NCBI GenBank assembly: GCA_040901985.1
Contig: JBBDYC010000001.1
Location: 119,618 to 146,190 of the forward strand
Length of the DNA stretch: 26,573 nt
From: Gemmatimonadaceae bacterium
GTDB lineage: Bacteria; Gemmatimonadota; Gemmatimonadetes; Gemmatimonadales; Gemmatimonadaceae
Direction: 5' to 3'
The notes under the pieces are model-generated. The model saw only the letters and a program-made list of their open reading frames with translations, did no database searches and was not told the origin of the DNA. This document shows positions 22,971 through 26,573 of the stretch, piece by piece. Within the stretch, counting starts at the first letter, position 1. Each line of letters begins with the position of its first letter. Both the position numbers and the translations under genes were made by a program.

Positions 22971-25184
22971 ATGCACGCTGTCACGCGTCTCTGCCGTCCC
23001 TCTTTCCTCGTTGCGCTCGCTGCCGCACTGGCGATGGCCGCCTGCGCCGACGACCTCCGGCTTCCCACCGCCGCGGATGATCCGCCTGGTGAACAGGCCG
23101 CCGCGACCGGCGTCCTGCGCGATGGCGGCATTGACCGCACGGACACGCACTTCGCCGTCAACGTCACCACGGATGGCGGCGAGGAGATGACCGCGACCCT
23201 CGTCGCCGGCGACGCCGAGGTTTCCGACCTCGCCCCGCCGCCGGGCGACGCCTACGTCGAAGCCGGATACGGCACCCAGGGCGAGTTGCGATTCGGCGTC
23301 TACTGGAGCCAGCCATCGGCGGGCGTCAGCGGCATCCGGGTTGTCGGCGATCAGCTCGAGATGCTCGACGAGTTCGGCAGCGTGATGCTCACGCGGACGT
23401 TCGACCAGCATATGGCGGCGACGGGGTTCCCCGGCGGGTCGCTCGTCGGGGCCATCCTCACCACCGCTCCGCCAGATGACGGCTGCACCTCCCCAGACGG
23501 CTGGTGCGCGTTCAGCGTGGCCGACGGCGCTGCCGGTGACGGCGGTGCACAGGGCGCGCCGACCGCGAGGCGCTCCACCACGGTGGTCGGCGACGTGCGC
23601 GAGGATCGCGTGCGTCTGCGCCCGGGGCCGACGCGCGTGGCGCTCTCCGGCGAGGCGGATCGCGCGGACATCGTCCAGCGGTATCGTCGCGTGGCGAGCG
23701 GCGCCTCGCGCCGCGCTGCCGAGGCGGCCGGTCCGGTGGTCTGGCGCCTTGCCGAGGTCGAGCGCGAGGTCCGGGCGACGACCGATCACGGCGAGGAGGT
23801 CACGCGGGCCCGGACGCGGCTCGCCTACCGAGCCTGGCACACGAACGCGTCGCGGGACGCCGCCCGGGTGGCTTCCCGCGCTGCCGCGCGGGCGACTGCG
23901 CGTCAGGCCGCGCGTGCGGCCGCACCCTCGCCGGCCACCGGCGGACCGGCGCGACACGAGCTGCCCGACGTGGAACTCGCTGCCTTCTCGCCTTCCGTCG
24001 CCGATCAGACGCTCGGGGAGAGCATCTGTCCGCGCGGCACGACGGACGTCGTCGAGTTCTCCAAGTCCACCCGGGGCCTGACGCTGCTCTACCAGCACGG
24101 CTTCTGCGGCAACGCGAACGTCTTCGAAGGGATGCGGCCGCGAATCGCTGCCGAGCTTCCGGTGGTCGGTACGCGCGCCTTCAGTCTCAGCTCGACCGAC
24201 CGCCTGGACGCGCAGGTGACCGACCTCGCGGCGCGGATTGCCTCGGTCGGCGGCGGTCAGCACTACGCGATCGGGCACAGTCAGGGCGGCCTCCTGATCC
24301 GCCGGCTCGGCCAGCGCCATCCAGACTACGTGAGCGGCGTCATCACCGTCGCTTCGCCGCACCTCGGCACGTACGTTGCGGACCTTCCCGCCGAATTCGT
24401 CGCCGACCTCCTGATACACGCGGTCGGGCCGCACTGCCTGACGCAGTTCATGTGCGACTACCTGCGGGAGATTATTCGGCAGACCATCGCGGCACGGATC
24501 GGCTATGGAGCCCTTTCGGCGGCGGTGCCGGCGCTCGAGGACCTGCGGACCGGGTCGCCATTCCTCGAGTCGCTGAACGCCACCTACGAGAGCTTCAAGC
24601 GGACGGGGATCGAGGTGTCCATCTCGCGGCGCTGGGCCTTGGCGCGCATGCTCGGCGATCAGAACACGCCGCGTACACGGCTCCTGAACGACGGCCGGCC
24701 GGACGGCGAGCAGTGGGCGCGGGCCGCCGAGGAGGTCTACCGCGCCGGCCTCTTCCTCCAGTATATGGCGATCTTCGCGGACTGGGTCGTGTCGCCGACG
24801 GGCGGCGGCGTCTCCTGCTCGCAGCCTGGGTACGCGACCTTCTGGGAACCCTGCTACGACCTCGACTACGGCCACTACTGGTTTGCGTCCTGGTACGATG
24901 CGTACATCCGCTGGACGCTGTACTTTCTCGGTTCCATCGTGACCACGACGATGGACCGGATGGACTGGGTGTGGGACTACATCACCACCCGAAACGGGGA
25001 TGGGACCGATGGCTTCATCCAGCTGTCGTCGCAGCGCTATCCGCCGGTGCCGGGGGCATTTCCGGTGACCCGCCTGCGCGTGGAGGGCAAGGACGCCGAT
25101 AGCCACGCCGGGATTACGGCGAGTCCGGCCACCCTTCAGCGGACGCTGGATGCGTTGCGCCTGATGACCGGATTAGCCCAATGA
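22971..25184 (+). CDS. Lipoprotein with unknown N-terminal domain and C-terminal lipase-like alpha/beta hydrolase
   Basis: Strong SD. Lipobox AMAAC. LLYQHGF, nucleophile elbow IGHSQGG, ITVASPHLG, candidate Asp (TDGFI) and His (DSHAG). Confidence 0.8.
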   Translation: MHAVTRLCRPSFLVALAAALAMAACADDLRLPTAADDPPGEQAAATGVLRDGGIDRTDTHFAVNVTTDGGEEMTATLVAGDAEVSDLAPPPGDAYVEAGYGTQGELRFGVYWSQPSAGVSGIRVVGDQLEMLDEFGSVMLTRTFDQHMAATGFPGGSLVGAILTTAPPDDGCTSPDGWCAFSVADGAAGDGGAQGAPTARRSTTVVGDVREDRVRLRPGPTRVALSGEADRADIVQRYRRVASGASRRAAEAAGPVVWRLAEVEREVRATTDHGEEVTRARTRLAYRAWHTNASRDAARVASRAAARATARQAARAAAPSPATGGPARHELPDVELAAFSPSVADQTLGESICPRGTTDVVEFSKSTRGLTLLYQHGFCGNANVFEGMRPRIAAELPVVGTRAFSLSSTDRLDAQVTDLAARIASVGGGQHYAIGHSQGGLLIRRLGQRHPDYVSGVITVASPHLGTYVADLPAEFVADLLIHAVGPHCLTQFMCDYLREIIRQTIAARIGYGALSAAVPALEDLRTGSPFLESLNATYESFKRTGIEVSISRRWALARMLGDQNTPRTRLLNDGRPDGEQWARAAEEVYRAGLFLQYMAIFADWVVSPTGGGVSCSQPGYATFWEPCYDLDYGHYWFASWYDAYIRWTLYFLGSIVTTTMDRMDWVWDYITTRNGDGTDGFIQLSSQRYPPVPGAFPVTRLRVEGKDADSHAGITASPATLQRTLDALRLMTGLAQ

Positions 25185-26323
25185 TCGGGCGTGCCGGAGT
25201 CGCCTCGATCGCCCTTTCCGTCGCGGGGCTGGCGTGCGGGGAACTGGCGCCGGCGGCGCCGCGCGACGGCGTGCCGCGGCTGGAAATGGACCGGGTGTTG
25301 CACGTGCCGACCGACCGGCCGTTCTCGTCGCTCCAGACCCCGGTTGCCGATGCCGACCGCCTCTACGCAGACTTCTCCGCCGGCCCGGTCGTCGCGTTCG
25401 ACCGCCGGACGGGTAGCCAGGTGTGGACCTACGCCCGGCCATTCGGCGCGCCGTCGAGCCTGGTGCTGCACAACGGGCGGCTGCTCTTCGTCGGCTCGCT
25501 GGCGATCGCGCTCGACGCGGCCACCGGCACCGAACTCTGGCACCACGATCCGGGCGCGAACGGCGGCCTTGGCGTGAGCGCGGCGGCGGACGGCCACTTC
25601 TATTTTGGTACCGACAGCTCGATCCACGCGCTCTCGGTCGAGACGGGGTCGCCGGCCTGGCGTGTCGACTTCGGCGCCGACTGGGAGTTTCGGTCGGTCG
25701 TACGCGGCGTGGCGGTGGACGGCGACGAACTCTTCGCGAGCATCGAGCGCTTCCACTCCGAGACCGGCCACCTCGGCGCCGCAATCGTGCTGGCGCTTGA
25801 CCGCCGCACGGGCCTTGAGCTCTGGCGCCACACCGAAGGGGACGGCAGCGACCGGCACCTCTTCATCTTCGAGCCGCGGGTGGCCGGCGACCTGATCCTC
25901 GTCTCCGACTTCATTGCAAACGTGACAATCGCGCTCGACCGCGCCACCGGTGCCGTGCGATGGCGGCGGCAGGGGGATGCGACCGGCTATGCCGGCGCCT
26001 TCGAGCCGCCACTGGTCCGGCACGACACGGTGTTCGTTGTCTCCGGCGACCAACGCATCACCGCGCTCCACCGCGCGACCGGGGAGCCGATCTGGGGGCA
26101 GAAGGTCGGCGGCAGTCTCAGCTCGGCGGCGTTCTGCGGGCGGTATCTGCTCGTCCAGGATCTCTATCTCCACGTCCTCGACCGGGCGACGGGTGCGTTC
26201 ATCGCGCGCTACGCGCACACCAAGCCGGGAGAGAGTGGGCTACTGGTGTCCCGCTTCACCAGCGACGGGGACGTCGCGTTCGTGCTCGGGAACAACGCGG
26301 CCTACGGGTTCCGTTGTCGCTGA
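25181..26323 (+). CDS. PQQ-like/BamB-like beta-propeller lipoprotein
   Basis: Lipobox-like GLAC. Repeated A(L/F)DxxTGxxxW motifs (AFDRRTGSQVW, ALDAATGTELW, ALDRRTGLELW, ALDRATGAVRW, ALHRATGEPIW). ATGA overlap with the previous gene. Confidence 0.85.
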   Translation: MIGRAGVASIALSVAGLACGELAPAAPRDGVPRLEMDRVLHVPTDRPFSSLQTPVADADRLYADFSAGPVVAFDRRTGSQVWTYARPFGAPSSLVLHNGRLLFVGSLAIALDAATGTELWHHDPGANGGLGVSAAADGHFYFGTDSSIHALSVETGSPAWRVDFGADWEFRSVVRGVAVDGDELFASIERFHSETGHLGAAIVLALDRRTGLELWRHTEGDGSDRHLFIFEPRVAGDLILVSDFIANVTIALDRATGAVRWRRQGDATGYAGAFEPPLVRHDTVFVVSGDQRITALHRATGEPIWGQKVGGSLSSAAFCGRYLLVQDLYLHVLDRATGAFIARYAHTKPGESGLLVSRFTSDGDVAFVLGNNAAYGFRCR

Positions 26324-26327
26324 CTGC

Positions 26328-26371
26328 ATCGAGGCCCCCCCCCCCCGGCGCCGGGGGGGGGGGGCCTCGAT
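26328..26371. terminator. Perfect 44-bp palindrome ATCGAGG-C12-GGCGCC-G12-CCTCGAT, probable bidirectional terminator/hairpin
   Basis: Read directly, 4 nt after the stop at 26323. No U-tract on either side. Confidence 0.55.
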
Positions 26372-26390
26372 CACTGCTGGTGCGTGGCGC

Positions 26391-26573
26391 TCAGTTTCGG
26401 CGTCGGTTTCCGTTGCCCGACGATCCGCGCGTTTGGGACTTCGCGCCTTGTGACGGCGCAGCTGCGCGGCCGCCACTCCGCGCCGGCTGCGACGAGGTGG
26501 AAGTGCCGCGCGTCGGCGCCGCCGTGCGCGACGGCGCCGGGGACGGCCGGGCGCCGGCCGCCGACGGACGGGC
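26391..26573 (-). CDS. Probable low-complexity basic C-terminal tail of a gene entering from the right edge
   Basis: Open frame …ARPSPAPSRTAAPTRGTSTSSQPARSGGRAAAPSQGAKSQTRGSSGNGNRRRN* ends just before the palindrome. Product cannot be determined. Confidence 0.4.
   Translation of the reverse strand, partial: ARPSAAGARPSPAPSRTAAPTRGTSTSSQPARSGGRAAAPSQGAKSQTRGSSGNGNRRRN

Noticed and set aside
16416..25106. Very long antisense/alternative ORFs (e.g. 16416..19205 +, 18182..20923 -, 22701..25106 -; also 6385..8187 -)
   Set aside because: Shadows of real genes in high-GC DNA. They are Arg/Gly/Pro-rich and carry no recognisable motifs.
1..26573. CRISPR array, retron/RT, transposase, integrase or prophage
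   Set aside because: No regularly spaced repeats or diagnostic protein motifs were seen.

Overview
High-GC bacterial chromosomal segment. The gene repertoire resembles Gemmatimonadota, but that taxonomy is an inference. Left to right: a truncated zinc-ribbon/FHA gene; a translationally coupled trio (CarboxypepD-reg/plug-like secreted protein, peptidase-propeller-Omp85-like barrel protein, gamma-carbonic-anhydrase family protein); an AT-richer ~450 bp intergenic region that folds into long hairpins; class II ribonucleotide reductase nrdJ with an overlapping orphan vsr; an AraC regulator; a cupredoxin lipoprotein; a giant cyclic beta-1,2-glucan synthase; prolyl oligopeptidase and rhomboid protease; a PQQ sugar dehydrogenase; a coupled lipoprotein pair (alpha/beta-hydrolase plus beta-propeller); and a perfect 44-bp palindrome. 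No tRNA, rRNA, CRISPR array, integrase or transposase was seen. The best leads are the candidate structured RNA upstream of nrdJ, a mirror-image codon/strand skew centred on a palindrome at the nrdJ-vsr junction, the plug-plus-peptidase-Omp85 operon and the lipase-propeller lipoprotein pair. All analysis was by eye, with no database searches.
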